Shown piece by piece: positions 32,716-43,124 of a stretch of 48,266 nt of DNA (positions are counted from its first letter, which is position 1; each line of letters starts with the position of its first letter). Position numbers and translations under genes: made by a program. The DNA comes from a virus (lineage: Duplodnaviria > Heunggongvirae > Uroviricota > Caudoviricetes), in the IMG/VR virus record IMGVR_UViG_3300009180_002437, one strand, 5' to 3'. The notes under the pieces were generated by a model. It did no database searches. It saw only the letters and a list, made by a program, of their open reading frames with translations, and was not told the origin of the DNA.

Positions 32716-33039
32716 ATGATGTTACCCAAGCATCAAGAGGGTACATCTAAAGGAACAGAGTGGAAAATAATTAACGGTGAATCTGTCAAAATTACACCGG
32801 TAGTTGTTCATTCGTTTACCATGGGAGACGTAGACGACCCTGATATATATGCAGCAAATCCACTGTGGGAGTGGCAAACAAGTGATATGGGTAAATGGGT
32901 CATGAAAAATTCTGTAATAACTCCAGAATGGTACCGAGTTCAAGAACCCATAACATACGGGCACAAGTTTTATATTCTAGCTCGTCTTAAAGAACAAGAT
33001 TTGACCTTTTGGACACTAAAGTGGAAAGACATTAAATGA
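32716..33039 (+). CDS. small hypothetical protein (F-x-L-K-W C-terminal family)
   Basis: Ends DLTFWTLKWKDIK. Confidence 0.7.
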   Translation: MMLPKHQEGTSKGTEWKIINGESVKITPVVVHSFTMGDVDDPDIYAANPLWEWQTSDMGKWVMKNSVITPEWYRVQEPITYGHKFYILARLKEQDLTFWTLKWKDIK

Positions 33040-33977
33040 AAATACTAATTACAGGTGGGTTGGGTTTCATAGGACATAATGTAGTCCGTGTACTGGAAAA
33101 TTTTAACCATAAAGTTAGAATTATAGATAACCAAACTGATTATGGAGTCATTCCCAGAGCCGAGTTAGAATACCTAATGTTGGAAAGGTATTGTAGAATA
33201 CATACTCGCAACATCACATATGCCAATATCTCTGGTCCATTAGATGATAAAATATTCGATGGAGTCGATGTTGTTATACACTTAGCCAGTTTTCCACGAC
33301 AAAAAGTTGTAAACAAAAACCCTGTACTGGGTAGTAGAGTAATGAGCGAAGGATTACTTAACTTACTTGAACTATCGGTTAAGCATAAAGTTAAAAGATT
33401 TGTGTATGCTAGCTCAAGCATGGTGTATGGTAACTTCCATCATACTGTCGATGAAAATGATGAGTGCGCACCTATAGGTCAATATGGAATAATGAAATTG
33501 GCCGGAGAATGGCTGGTGAAAGACTATAGCAGACAATACGGATTAGATTATACTATTGTTCGTCCCTCGGCTGTATACGGCCCTTATGACGTGACCGATA
33601 GAGTTATCAGCAAGTTTTTTGCTGCTGCGATGCGTGGAGAAAAATTACAAGTACATGGGGCGGATGAGCAATTAGATTTTACCTATGTTGACGATACTGC
33701 TACCGGCATATCTCTGGCAGCAATAAGTGACAATTCTGTGAATTCTACTTATAATATATCACGTGGAAAATCGCATTCCTTACTATCTGCGGCGGAATTG
33801 GTAACTGAAATCGTGGGAAAAGGTACTGTACTAGTGGGGAAACGTGATGAAGCATTTCCAACACGCGGGCAACTAAGCATACAAAAGGCAAAAACAGATT
33901 TCGGTTATTATCCTGAAATTGACCTGGCACAAGGGTTACGTGAATATTATGATTGGCTTAAACAATTAAAATTATAA
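33036..33977 (+). CDS. NAD-dependent epimerase/dehydratase
   Basis: TGGLGFIG, HLAS, ASSSMVYG, YGIMK, VRPSAVYGP. Confidence 0.92.
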   Translation: MKILITGGLGFIGHNVVRVLENFNHKVRIIDNQTDYGVIPRAELEYLMLERYCRIHTRNITYANISGPLDDKIFDGVDVVIHLASFPRQKVVNKNPVLGSRVMSEGLLNLLELSVKHKVKRFVYASSSMVYGNFHHTVDENDECAPIGQYGIMKLAGEWLVKDYSRQYGLDYTIVRPSAVYGPYDVTDRVISKFFAAAMRGEKLQVHGADEQLDFTYVDDTATGISLAAISDNSVNSTYNISRGKSHSLLSAAELVTEIVGKGTVLVGKRDEAFPTRGQLSIQKAKTDFGYYPEIDLAQGLREYYDWLKQLKL

Positions 33978-34547
33978 TATGTACTGACTCATTGAGTCAT
34001 ACCACAACGCAGCACCTTTAGTGGTCAAATGGTGTAGCATAACCCACTGTTTACAACTTTCAGGAACAGGATCTTGTGATCCACACACATTATATTTGGC
34101 GGGCTCCATAACAAAATCAACTCCACAGTTGACAGTTATGAGCCCGCCATATTTTTTGAACGCAGTTAAGTTATGTTCTCGGCTAATAAATAAACAGTCA
34201 AGGTTGTTTAGTTTGGCTACATTGAATTGTATGGGTAAGCAGTAAGTTGTATTAAGGAACTTATCGCCGCCGCCAAACTTAGATAGTCCATGTCTATAGT
34301 CTGGATGTATCCACATCCTAGTACTACATCTTCCAATACCTTTTGCCCAACGTTCATCACTAATTTGTAACGCACTGAAACATACAATTTTATCATTTAT
34401 AATAACAACCGGAAATGATAAAAAATCTTTAGGATTTAATCCTACATAATTTTCTTTAAGCTCGTCGGTTGTGTTAATGAGATATTCTTGATATTGTTCC
34501 CACAGATGTGTATCAAAATTTGTAGCAAAATCAACTATTTTTTTCAT
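33972..34547 (-). CDS. GNAT-fold hypothetical protein
   Basis: KIVCFSAL...RCSTRMWIHPDYR resembles a GNAT beta4-alpha3 segment. Confidence 0.55.
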   Translation of the reverse strand: MKKIVDFATNFDTHLWEQYQEYLINTTDELKENYVGLNPKDFLSFPVVIINDKIVCFSALQISDERWAKGIGRCSTRMWIHPDYRHGLSKFGGGDKFLNTTYCLPIQFNVAKLNNLDCLFISREHNLTAFKKYGGLITVNCGVDFVMEPAKYNVCGSQDPVPESCKQWVMLHHLTTKGAALWYDSMSQYIL

Positions 34548-34572
34548 CGTACTATATTTAATTAAATACCTT

Positions 34573-35406
34573 ATGCCTAAAATAAATTCATTCTTATACT
34601 ACATACTCTATCCAATACATGCTATAGCATGGATAGGCACAATATTATTTCTTACATTCTTTGATTTTACATGGACTAACTTTTGGCAATTGCTAATTGG
34701 TTGGATCATAATAGAGGGGCTTGGCGTGTCGGTAGTGCTGCATAGATATGTTAGCCATAAAGCTGTTGAGCTACGTCCAGGATTAAAACCAATCTTACTA
34801 TGGATCAGTTGTTTGTCACTACAGGGCAGTCCGCTTGGTTGGGCAGCAGTACACAGAGGTAGTCATCATAGATACAGTGACACAGAAAAAGATGCCCACA
34901 CCCCTGCCAAAGGCTGGTGGTATGCGTGGCACGTATGGTTACATGACTGGGTCAAATACTTTAATCCCAAGTACGCAATAGATTTGGTTAGAGATCCCAT
35001 GCACGTATGGATTGCAAAACATTATAACTATATTATTCTTGCAACGTATGTTATAATAGGTTTAATTAGTTGGGAATTGTTGCTATTTGGTTTCATTGTA
35101 CCAGCGGCACTGAGCTTATACATGGAAAGTAACATTAATATATTTTGCCACAGTCCAGGCTATGGTTATAGAAATTTTGATACAAAAGATCAAAGTCGTA
35201 ATGTATCATTACTAGCTTGGATTACATGGGGTCAGGGATGGCACAACAATCATCATGAAAAAGCAAGTAGCTATGATTTCGGTTCCAGCGTAAGTGGCAA
35301 ATCAAGTGAGTGGGATTTTAGTTTAATCTTTTTACCATTGATTGCAACTAAAGAAAGCAGACAGAAAATTTGGCGAGAGCGTAATGATAAACTTCACTCA
35401 CAATAA
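34573..35406 (+). CDS. fatty-acid (delta-9 acyl-CoA/OLE1-type) desaturase
   Basis: His boxes HRYVSH, HRGSHH, HNNHH; transmembrane segments; QGSPLGWAAVH. Confidence 0.92.
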   Translation: MPKINSFLYYILYPIHAIAWIGTILFLTFFDFTWTNFWQLLIGWIIIEGLGVSVVLHRYVSHKAVELRPGLKPILLWISCLSLQGSPLGWAAVHRGSHHRYSDTEKDAHTPAKGWWYAWHVWLHDWVKYFNPKYAIDLVRDPMHVWIAKHYNYIILATYVIIGLISWELLLFGFIVPAALSLYMESNINIFCHSPGYGYRNFDTKDQSRNVSLLAWITWGQGWHNNHHEKASSYDFGSSVSGKSSEWDFSLIFLPLIATKESRQKIWRERNDKLHSQ

Positions 35407-36301
35407 TCATCTTGTATACAGCATAGGCGGGCGTGATTATGACTATAGAACAAATTCAATAGAAAAGTATTCAGTAAGAGTTGGTGCAATAGATCCAGAA
35501 CGATATGCTGCTAGCTCATATGCAGAAGAATTACATCGTACTGCTCGGCTAGTAAGAAGTGATTTTGGCAAGGATCTTGTATTATTTTTATCAGGTGGCA
35601 CTGACAGCGAAATAGTACTAAGAAATTTCGTAGCAACAGGATTCAAACCACGCTGTGTTACTCTTAGATTCAAAAATGACTACAATGCCAGTGATTTAGT
35701 CGAAGCGCAAGCAATAGCCGATGAGTTGGGCGTTAAGCTAGATATTATTGATATAGATATTGAGGATTTTTACTATTCAGGTGAAGCTAAAGAGTTTGGC
35801 GAGCAAATACAATGTACTCAGATAACTTATATTATGGTTTACAGAAGTGTATTAAAACTAGGTGCTCCGGCAGTAATGGGCGGAGAAGCATTACTTACTA
35901 GACAAGTAAATCTTAATGATAGTTATTGGTATTATACACTTAGAGAAAATGAAGATGCTAGTGCTATGCGGTTCTCTAATAAATTTGGAGTGCCATTGGT
36001 GAATGAATGGTTTAGCTATACGCCTGAGTTGCTATTATATTGGTTAGAAAATCCTTTAGTAAAAGAACTTGTGTCTAATCGTTACAATTACAAGCTAAAC
36101 TCTGCCAGCAGCAAGAACTCAATTTTATCCACACTATACAAAACTAGACCTAAATCAAAAACACATGGATTTGAAAAGCTACTAGACTTTAATCAAGAAG
36201 TATACAAAGAATTAGGAAGGACTCAAATCAAAAGGCTAGAAGCCAATGTAGATGGCATACATTATGATACAGTAATACAGCAATTAAAGGGATTGGCATG
36301 A
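35384..36301 (+). CDS. PP-loop (asparagine-synthase C-domain-like) protein
   Basis: LFLSGGTDSE; start placed at MINFTHNNHL by analogy with the paralog MPIFSHNNHL. Confidence 0.7.
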   Translation: MINFTHNNHLVYSIGGRDYDYRTNSIEKYSVRVGAIDPERYAASSYAEELHRTARLVRSDFGKDLVLFLSGGTDSEIVLRNFVATGFKPRCVTLRFKNDYNASDLVEAQAIADELGVKLDIIDIDIEDFYYSGEAKEFGEQIQCTQITYIMVYRSVLKLGAPAVMGGEALLTRQVNLNDSYWYYTLRENEDASAMRFSNKFGVPLVNEWFSYTPELLLYWLENPLVKELVSNRYNYKLNSASSKNSILSTLYKTRPKSKTHGFEKLLDFNQEVYKELGRTQIKRLEANVDGIHYDTVIQQLKGLA

Positions 36302-36816
36302 AAATCGTAGAATTAAATTTATTATACAGAGAACTTATTAAACCTTTGTTTACAGTAGATGCTTTATATCAGCGATTTGTTGATACTTATCTATCAGGGT
36401 TAACTAGTTATAAGGCATTGGGCATAGAACAAGAAGATGGCAGCATAACTTCTTTTATATCATTTTATATGAGCCGTGATGACGCTTGCTGGTATATTAC
36501 CGATGTAAAATCGAATGATACCAAAGACGAACTTCGCACATTAATAGGCGCAGCAATAGCGCATAATGAAGGAATGGGTAGGCTGAAGTTTTACTCACTT
36601 ATTGATGCTGATGATATTGGGTCCGTGGATATTTTGTTTAATTTAAGGTACAAGTACGTTGATGAATGTGTCGTCCCGGCAAAAACAAGATGTTTGTACA
36701 ATAATTACTGGCAAATACTATACAATCGCATGTTACCAGAAAGAGATACAGTAGTGCGTTGTTCATTCCTAAAACAAAAGCACAGAAGATTACTACCAAT
36801 TGGAGGCAATATATGA
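36298..36816 (+). CDS. hypothetical protein (possible GNAT-like fold)
   Basis: 172-aa coupled ORF; fold assignment tentative. Confidence 0.6.
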   Translation: MKIVELNLLYRELIKPLFTVDALYQRFVDTYLSGLTSYKALGIEQEDGSITSFISFYMSRDDACWYITDVKSNDTKDELRTLIGAAIAHNEGMGRLKFYSLIDADDIGSVDILFNLRYKYVDECVVPAKTRCLYNNYWQILYNRMLPERDTVVRCSFLKQKHRRLLPIGGNI

Positions 36817-37421
36817 ACAGCTTAGTTAGTCCGTTCAAACTATTTGTCGGTGATCTAAACTATTTCAGAATAGGAGAAAACAAAGAATTAGGTGAAGAAC
36901 TAAGAACTTATTTTTCTGATACTATCAACAGTGACTTATGGAAACTAGTTACAAATAGACAGAGATTAACACATGCACTACGATTTACCGAAACTATACA
37001 TTTATATGCGTTAAAAGATCTCCCAGATGGTTCAGATACTACACAAGCTAATCAATGGATGGATATACAACCGCTGGAACAAGCCGATATTGATGTTTTT
37101 AAAAAAGCTATAACTTGGTTCGAAAAAATTCTATTAACCACCGGAGCAGAACATGTTGAATTTGGTAGAATTTTTATCAGCAAATTAGCAGCTAAATCCA
37201 CTATTGACACGCATACTGATAGCGGAAAATATTTTAGTTACTATGACAGATTTCATTTTACTGTTACTGCTGCTGAAGAAAACATCTTTGTAATTAGGAA
37301 TGAAGAATGTACTTTAGAAAACGATTCATTATTCTGGGTTAATAATCATGTGCCGCACTGGTTAGAAAATCGCAGCAATGAGGACAGAATAAACTTTATC
37401 ATAGATGCAAGGTTATCATGA
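36813..37421 (+). CDS. Asp/Asn beta-hydroxylase-like 2OG-Fe(II) oxygenase
   Basis: THTD...DRFHF...NNHVPHW...RINFI; start at ATGA overlap 36813. Confidence 0.75.
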   Translation: MNSLVSPFKLFVGDLNYFRIGENKELGEELRTYFSDTINSDLWKLVTNRQRLTHALRFTETIHLYALKDLPDGSDTTQANQWMDIQPLEQADIDVFKKAITWFEKILLTTGAEHVEFGRIFISKLAAKSTIDTHTDSGKYFSYYDRFHFTVTAAEENIFVIRNEECTLENDSLFWVNNHVPHWLENRSNEDRINFIIDARLS

Positions 37422-38293
37422 AAATAACTGATATACATAGCAGTTGGGGTTCAATTATACAATTAGAATCGCCAGCCGAATTCTTTTTATATGATGCTGA
37501 CTATTGGCGTAATTTAATATACAAACGAAAAGTAATATTCTTTAAACAAGTTAAATTTACCAATACTGAATACGCAGAGTTTAGTTTACACTTTGGATCA
37601 CCGTGGCAACCTGATGATTATGCCTACTCTAGAGAAAGCGTAGAGTCCGTAGATACTGAACACGGTGAAATGACATTAAGTCCAATAACTAATACAGCAA
37701 AACGATTAGGCATGAGTGAAATGCCATGGCATGCTGACATACCAAATAGAACATATAAGCCATTTCCATTTAGAAGTTTGTGGATTGTGGCAAATCCAAA
37801 CCCAACAGAATCAGGCAAGACATCTTGGCTAAATCTTGAACATGCCATAGATTACCTTACTCCAGAAATGAAAAGTCTGTTGCCCCGTGTAAAAATTATA
37901 CAACAAAGTTGGTATACTCCTGGCACAGATATTAAAGAATTTGATTTGTTAAAGACTCATCCTATAACTGGAAAGCAATCACTACGCCTGAACTATTACA
38001 ACTGGGGAAAAAATGTAGAAGCATGGGTATGCGGTGTAAAAATTGATGACGTAATCCAACCAGATTGTTCTTTGATACGAGAATGGTTAACCTATTTAGA
38101 AAAGATACCTGAGTTGACCTACACCCACATCTGGGATACTTATGACATATCAATTTATGATAATTGGCCTTTTGTACACAGTAGGACTGAATTAAAATTC
38201 AATAGTGATACTGAACTAAGAAAATTTTACAGAATTAACATAGATCATCTTACTCATCATGAATGGCAACAACATACTGCAAAATATTTTTGA
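37418..38293 (+). CDS. TauD/TfdA family dioxygenase
   Basis: PWHAD, THPITGK, IYDNWPFVHSR. Confidence 0.85.
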   Translation: MKITDIHSSWGSIIQLESPAEFFLYDADYWRNLIYKRKVIFFKQVKFTNTEYAEFSLHFGSPWQPDDYAYSRESVESVDTEHGEMTLSPITNTAKRLGMSEMPWHADIPNRTYKPFPFRSLWIVANPNPTESGKTSWLNLEHAIDYLTPEMKSLLPRVKIIQQSWYTPGTDIKEFDLLKTHPITGKQSLRLNYYNWGKNVEAWVCGVKIDDVIQPDCSLIREWLTYLEKIPELTYTHIWDTYDISIYDNWPFVHSRTELKFNSDTELRKFYRINIDHLTHHEWQQHTAKYF

Positions 38294-38323
38294 TCTATAA
38301 TATATACAGTTAAATACTAGACT

Positions 38324-40141
38324 ATGCTAAACATCTACCAAGTACCTAAAGAAGAAATTGAGAAGATTGAATGGAATGGCGACTTTCTAGAATATGATCG
38401 TCAACTATCTAAGCTAGGCAATGGGCATGAAGAGTTTTTAGTGGTAAATCCTGAATTTGAGGAGACTGAATTATACAAAACTATTGAAAGTATTCCGCCT
38501 ACACCAAGCATTAAATGCATAGTGTGGAAATGTAATGGCAAGTGGATAGCAAAATACTTTAATAAGTCATGGACTCCTGAACAAGGACATTGGCCAGCAG
38601 TAATTCATAATGATATAGTATGGGAAAGAAATCCAGACATTCCAGAATCAATACCGTTTTTAAACGATCCATCAAAGCTACCTACACAAGATTTAGTTGA
38701 TTTATCTTACCAAATGATATGGTACTTAGATCCGCAATATAATCCAACTAACGATAAAGTTTGGGTGATGAAATGTTCATTGAAAGATTGCCCTGTCGCA
38801 GGGACAAAGGACATGGGATATATTAGTCCCAAAGTTAGAATAAAATATAATCCTGATATTAAAGATGTGAAGTATGATTTCAATGTAGTGATACCTTGGT
38901 ATGAGTTAAATTACGAACATGTATGGTATCTAGATGAACAATTCAATCCCACTGAGGATAAAGTTTGGGCGGTTAAAGTAAAATTGCGTAATGGCGTAGT
39001 TAAGCCTGTTAAAGATATGGGATATCTTACCCCACGATATAGATTAAAATACAACCCAGATATACCTAAAATAGACTTTGATTTAAATTTATCAATACCG
39101 TGGTATGAACTAAATTATGAGTATGTATGGTATCTAGATGAACGATTCAATCCCACAGAGGATAAAGTTTGGGCTATTAAATTTAAAATAGCAAATGGAA
39201 TACCCAAACCTATAAAAGACATGGGATATGTTAGTCCCAAGATAGTATTCAATCCAGAACTACCTAATTTAAAATATACTATTACAGAGAAAATTCCATA
39301 CTATGATCTAGTATATGAGCAAGTGTGGGTAATTGACGAAAGATTAGTTAACAATTTTAATGAAGTGTGGGCTGCTAAAATTATTCCGCATAATCCTGAG
39401 GGATCCAAGGTCGCAGGTGTAATTAACTGTAACTTACCAGACCGCTTGGATGTCGTTTTTATCAGTTATAATGAACCCAACGCCGAGGACAATTGGCAAC
39501 GAGTGTTGAGAAAAGCACCGTATGCCAAACGAGTGTCGGGTGTGAAAGGAATAGTAGCCGCGCATAAACAAGCAGCAAGCATAGTTACCACTGATATGTT
39601 CTATGTAGTAGACGGTGATGCTGAGATAGCTGATTATTGGGATTTTAAATTTCAACCGAATTTGTTTGACCGTGATTGTGTTCACGTTTGGCGCAGTGTT
39701 AATCCTATAAACGATTTAAAATACGGGTACGGTGGAGTAAAATTATTTCCCACACAGTTAGTATTAGCAGCTGACCCTAATAATACTGACATGACTACCA
39801 GTCTAAGCAAAAAATTTAAATTAATGCCCAAAATCAGCAACACTACTGCTTTTAATAGTGATGCGTTCAGTGCTTGGCGTAGCGGTTTTAGGGAATGTGC
39901 TAAGTTAGCCAGTAAAGTAGTAAAAGGCCAATTAGTTCGAGAAACAGAAAAACGATTGGACATTTGGTGTACTCTTGGAGCGGATAACCCCTTTGGTGAC
40001 TATGCTATTGCTGGTGCCATAGCCGGAAGGAAATTTGGGGAGGATAATGCATCTAATCAAGAAACATTGCAATTGATAAATGACTATGACTGGCTTAAAT
40101 CAAAATTTAGTGAAAGTATGGTGAATACAATTGATAGTTGA
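38324..40141 (+). CDS. repeat-containing protein with C-terminal glycosyltransferase-like domain
   Basis: Three to four ~68-aa repeats (WYLDxxxNPTxDKVW...KDMGY..P), then DVVFISYNE...VKGIVAAH...FYVVDGD (DxD). Confidence 0.7.
   Translation: MLNIYQVPKEEIEKIEWNGDFLEYDRQLSKLGNGHEEFLVVNPEFEETELYKTIESIPPTPSIKCIVWKCNGKWIAKYFNKSWTPEQGHWPAVIHNDIVWERNPDIPESIPFLNDPSKLPTQDLVDLSYQMIWYLDPQYNPTNDKVWVMKCSLKDCPVAGTKDMGYISPKVRIKYNPDIKDVKYDFNVVIPWYELNYEHVWYLDEQFNPTEDKVWAVKVKLRNGVVKPVKDMGYLTPRYRLKYNPDIPKIDFDLNLSIPWYELNYEYVWYLDERFNPTEDKVWAIKFKIANGIPKPIKDMGYVSPKIVFNPELPNLKYTITEKIPYYDLVYEQVWVIDERLVNNFNEVWAAKIIPHNPEGSKVAGVINCNLPDRLDVVFISYNEPNAEDNWQRVLRKAPYAKRVSGVKGIVAAHKQAASIVTTDMFYVVDGDAEIADYWDFKFQPNLFDRDCVHVWRSVNPINDLKYGYGGVKLFPTQLVLAADPNNTDMTTSLSKKFKLMPKISNTTAFNSDAFSAWRSGFRECAKLASKVVKGQLVRETEKRLDIWCTLGADNPFGDYAIAGAIAGRKFGEDNASNQETLQLINDYDWLKSKFSESMVNTIDS
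38720..39380 (+). repeat. intragenic ~204-bp tandem repeat
   Basis: Near-identical copies start at 38897 and 39101 (TGGTATGA...GTATGGTATCTAGATGAAC.ATTCAATCCCAC.GAGGATAAAGTTTGGGC); more diverged copies on either side. Confidence 0.85.
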
Positions 40142-40228
40142 CGTTCTACTATTAAATTCCATTACGGTTGTTTTCCTATTCTCATTAGTGTATAATACCT
40201 ACACGACATTAACGTCTTAAAATATCAC

Positions 40229-41512
40229 ATGACACAAGAACAAAAAATTATACCTATTATTTCAGAAAGTCCCACGCTGTGCGCTGTACCCTGGATGCAT
40301 CTTGCATTTGAACCTAGTGGTAAAGTACTGCCATGCTGCTTAACTGCGTCACATAAAGTATTTTCAGGTGATCTTAAAACAATGTCACTAGAAGAAATAT
40401 GGAACAGTGATCAACAAAAATCCATTCGAAAGGATATGATCGAAGGTCGAGAGCCAAAGATATGTTCCAAATGTTTTGACCGTGAACGTGTAACTGGCGA
40501 GAGTGCCAGAACGTACCATCGTAGAGATTTTCAAGACGTGCTAGATGCTATTCCCGATATTACTGAACCCGATGGTACTTGCACTACAATGGACATGAAG
40601 TATTGGGATTTTCGTTTCAGTAACTTATGTAATTTTAAATGCCGTAGCTGCGGACCAGCATATAGTTCAGCCTGGGTTCCCGACGCCACTAAACTAGGGT
40701 ACGCGGATCAGGACAAAGTTTGGAGTATTGACTCAGTTGGTGAGCAAACTAACTATGATTTTCTAATCGAACAGATAGATAATGTACGTAGGATCTACTT
40801 TGCTGGTGGCGAGCCATTACTAATGCCCGAACACTGGCAAATATTGGATATGTTGGTCGCCAAGGAACGTTTTGACGTAAAACTAAGCTACAACACTAAT
40901 TGCTCCACACTATCGTACGGTAAGAAAAATATTGTAGATTATTGGAGCAAGTGGCAGTTTGGTAAATTGGAAATATGGCCCAGTATAGATGAGGTTGGTG
41001 AACGTGCTGAACTAATCCGTGCAGGAACAGTATGGCGCAAAGTAGAAGAAAACTTAAAGACTCTTTCTACGTTGGATAACATTATACTTAGACCCGGACT
41101 CACTATCGGTGCATTTAATGTATTCCGATTACCGGAAATAATTACACATTTGGTGGACATTGGTGTCGTTAAGCGTGATCCTAAACGTAGGAGCCTAAAC
41201 TATAACAACTTCTTTATTAACCTGTTGGAAAGCCCCAAGTATTATCATGTATGTATATTACCGGACGACTTTAAACATGAAATTATTCTTAAGCTGGAAA
41301 ACTTTGTAGAAGAATTTAATGAAAAATACAGCACCAACATCAGTAAATTATTTGAACACATTTTGTTCGAATTAACTAAACCCTTTGACGTTGCTGCTGC
41401 AAAACACTTTGTAAGACAGACTAAAAAATTAGATGACTTGCGCGGAGAAAACACGTATGAGGTAATACCAGAATTACGTTCCGTGAAGGTAGCTTTGAAT
41501 GTGGAAGAATGA
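40229..41512 (+). CDS. radical SAM protein with N-terminal twitch/SPASM-like domain
   Basis: CAVPWMH...PCC...CSKC; SNLCNFKCRSC; FAGGEP; YNTN. Confidence 0.88.
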   Translation: MTQEQKIIPIISESPTLCAVPWMHLAFEPSGKVLPCCLTASHKVFSGDLKTMSLEEIWNSDQQKSIRKDMIEGREPKICSKCFDRERVTGESARTYHRRDFQDVLDAIPDITEPDGTCTTMDMKYWDFRFSNLCNFKCRSCGPAYSSAWVPDATKLGYADQDKVWSIDSVGEQTNYDFLIEQIDNVRRIYFAGGEPLLMPEHWQILDMLVAKERFDVKLSYNTNCSTLSYGKKNIVDYWSKWQFGKLEIWPSIDEVGERAELIRAGTVWRKVEENLKTLSTLDNIILRPGLTIGAFNVFRLPEIITHLVDIGVVKRDPKRRSLNYNNFFINLLESPKYYHVCILPDDFKHEIILKLENFVEEFNEKYSTNISKLFEHILFELTKPFDVAAAKHFVRQTKKLDDLRGENTYEVIPELRSVKVALNVEE

Positions 41513-42518
41513 TCGAAGTTTAGTTGTAACGGCCAGTAATAAAAACAATGAGCAGTTACATATTAAATTTAAAATTTTAGATACTGACATAGGCGATAGA
41601 TGGTTGGCAATGATCGAGCAGAATCAAGAAGCCAATCATACTATACAAGCCAACTATAGAAGAATCTTAAGTACAGAAGATCGTAAGGAAAACTTTGCTG
41701 AGTTTAGGGACAACATATTAAAAATTAACTCTATGTATGATGTTGTGTTAGATGACATTATATCACTGGAACACTTACACACTAATCAAGATGTACTCAA
41801 CGATTTACATGAAGAATTTGAAGTATACGGTGACAGACTACAGGAATTATTGGATACAAAATATTTTAATAATCCTGATAATAAGCCTGAGTTAGCAAAC
41901 GCAATATGGCCAGGTAAACGGCAAAACTTTGAGCTGCATGATAGATTTTTAAGGTTGAACGAGCAGATACATAACTTTGAAGCTATCTTTAGAAATTGGG
42001 AAACTCCTGATCAAGGTCTATGTACTTGTTTAGTTGATTACTTGCCAGCAGGTATACATCAGGATCTTAAACCAGAAGATTTCTTTTTGTTTGGTTCAGA
42101 TTTACAATGGGGCTGGATGTATCTAGGATACAACACATTAGGTAAACATTGGTCAAGTGTACTAAATGAAAATGATATTGATGTCGTGAGACGACATGCT
42201 GTTCGGCCACAAGCAAGGTTTGCGGCTGAGTTCTACATGCACTTTGGTCGTCCATCACTTACCTATGTCAACAGAGTAAAGTTCTATAACTGGTGGATGA
42301 AAAATAAACTATCAGAAATACAAAATCCCAATATGAAACTATCTGAGTTAGCATTGGGTTATATACCAGTGGCTAGAATATCAGATTATAAAATTGGCAA
42401 TGGTGAATCAATTACGGTGCCTGCTACATACTCTCACAAAGACGCCAAGGAATGGAATATTAATGTATGGAGTAAGTTTAATAAAATAGTTAATATACAG
42501 ATACTAGATACTGTGTGA
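41499..42518 (+). CDS. hypothetical protein
   Basis: 339-aa coupled ORF (LNEQIHNFE, YLGYNTLGK). Confidence 0.75.
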   Translation: MWKNDRSLVVTASNKNNEQLHIKFKILDTDIGDRWLAMIEQNQEANHTIQANYRRILSTEDRKENFAEFRDNILKINSMYDVVLDDIISLEHLHTNQDVLNDLHEEFEVYGDRLQELLDTKYFNNPDNKPELANAIWPGKRQNFELHDRFLRLNEQIHNFEAIFRNWETPDQGLCTCLVDYLPAGIHQDLKPEDFFLFGSDLQWGWMYLGYNTLGKHWSSVLNENDIDVVRRHAVRPQARFAAEFYMHFGRPSLTYVNRVKFYNWWMKNKLSEIQNPNMKLSELALGYIPVARISDYKIGNGESITVPATYSHKDAKEWNINVWSKFNKIVNIQILDTV

Positions 42519-43124
42519 TATAGGCTGGTAATGATATATGTCATTACCAAGCGACTTCCAATCAGGCTCATTTTCCATATTAATAGAATCAATATTAAAT
42601 TTAGATATAAGACATTTACTATTGGTCAATATATTAAGATTGGGAATTTCGTTTGATATAGATTCATATCCCAAAGAACGGTATCGAACACAGTCTTCCC
42701 ACGCAGCACCAAAAAAATATATATTTTTTATCTCAGGATGTAATGACAAATAGTATTCTAACTGCCACAACCAATGCATAGATATTTGATATTTTGTTGG
42801 GTTTCTATAATTCCATATAATAGGATCTGTCTGCTGTAATTTAAAATCATTATGGTGGGTATATAACGTATCAAAAGCCCATTTTAAATCAATAATTTTT
42901 TTTCTTTTTGTATTGTTAAACAGCAATCTGGCATTATCAGACCAAATAGAATCAGCGTCTCGTTCTGTTTTACAGCTATACGTAGCCAATATTACAGTTG
43001 TAATAGACTCCGTGGCATCTATGAAACGTGTAATGTCGTTAAAACATTTGTCAGTCGTGACCCCTGGTTTGGGACTTTTCCAACAATCTATTAGAATGGC
43101 AATACTAGGCAGAGAAGTAATCAT
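42504..43124 (-). CDS. hypothetical protein (isochorismatase-like pattern)
   Basis: AILIDCW...YFFGAAWEDCV; minus-strand TAAATA 5 nt before ATG. Confidence 0.55.
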   Translation of the reverse strand: MITSLPSIAILIDCWKSPKPGVTTDKCFNDITRFIDATESITTVILATYSCKTERDADSIWSDNARLLFNNTKRKKIIDLKWAFDTLYTHHNDFKLQQTDPIIWNYRNPTKYQISMHWLWQLEYYLSLHPEIKNIYFFGAAWEDCVRYRSLGYESISNEIPNLNILTNSKCLISKFNIDSINMENEPDWKSLGNDIYHYQPISHSI

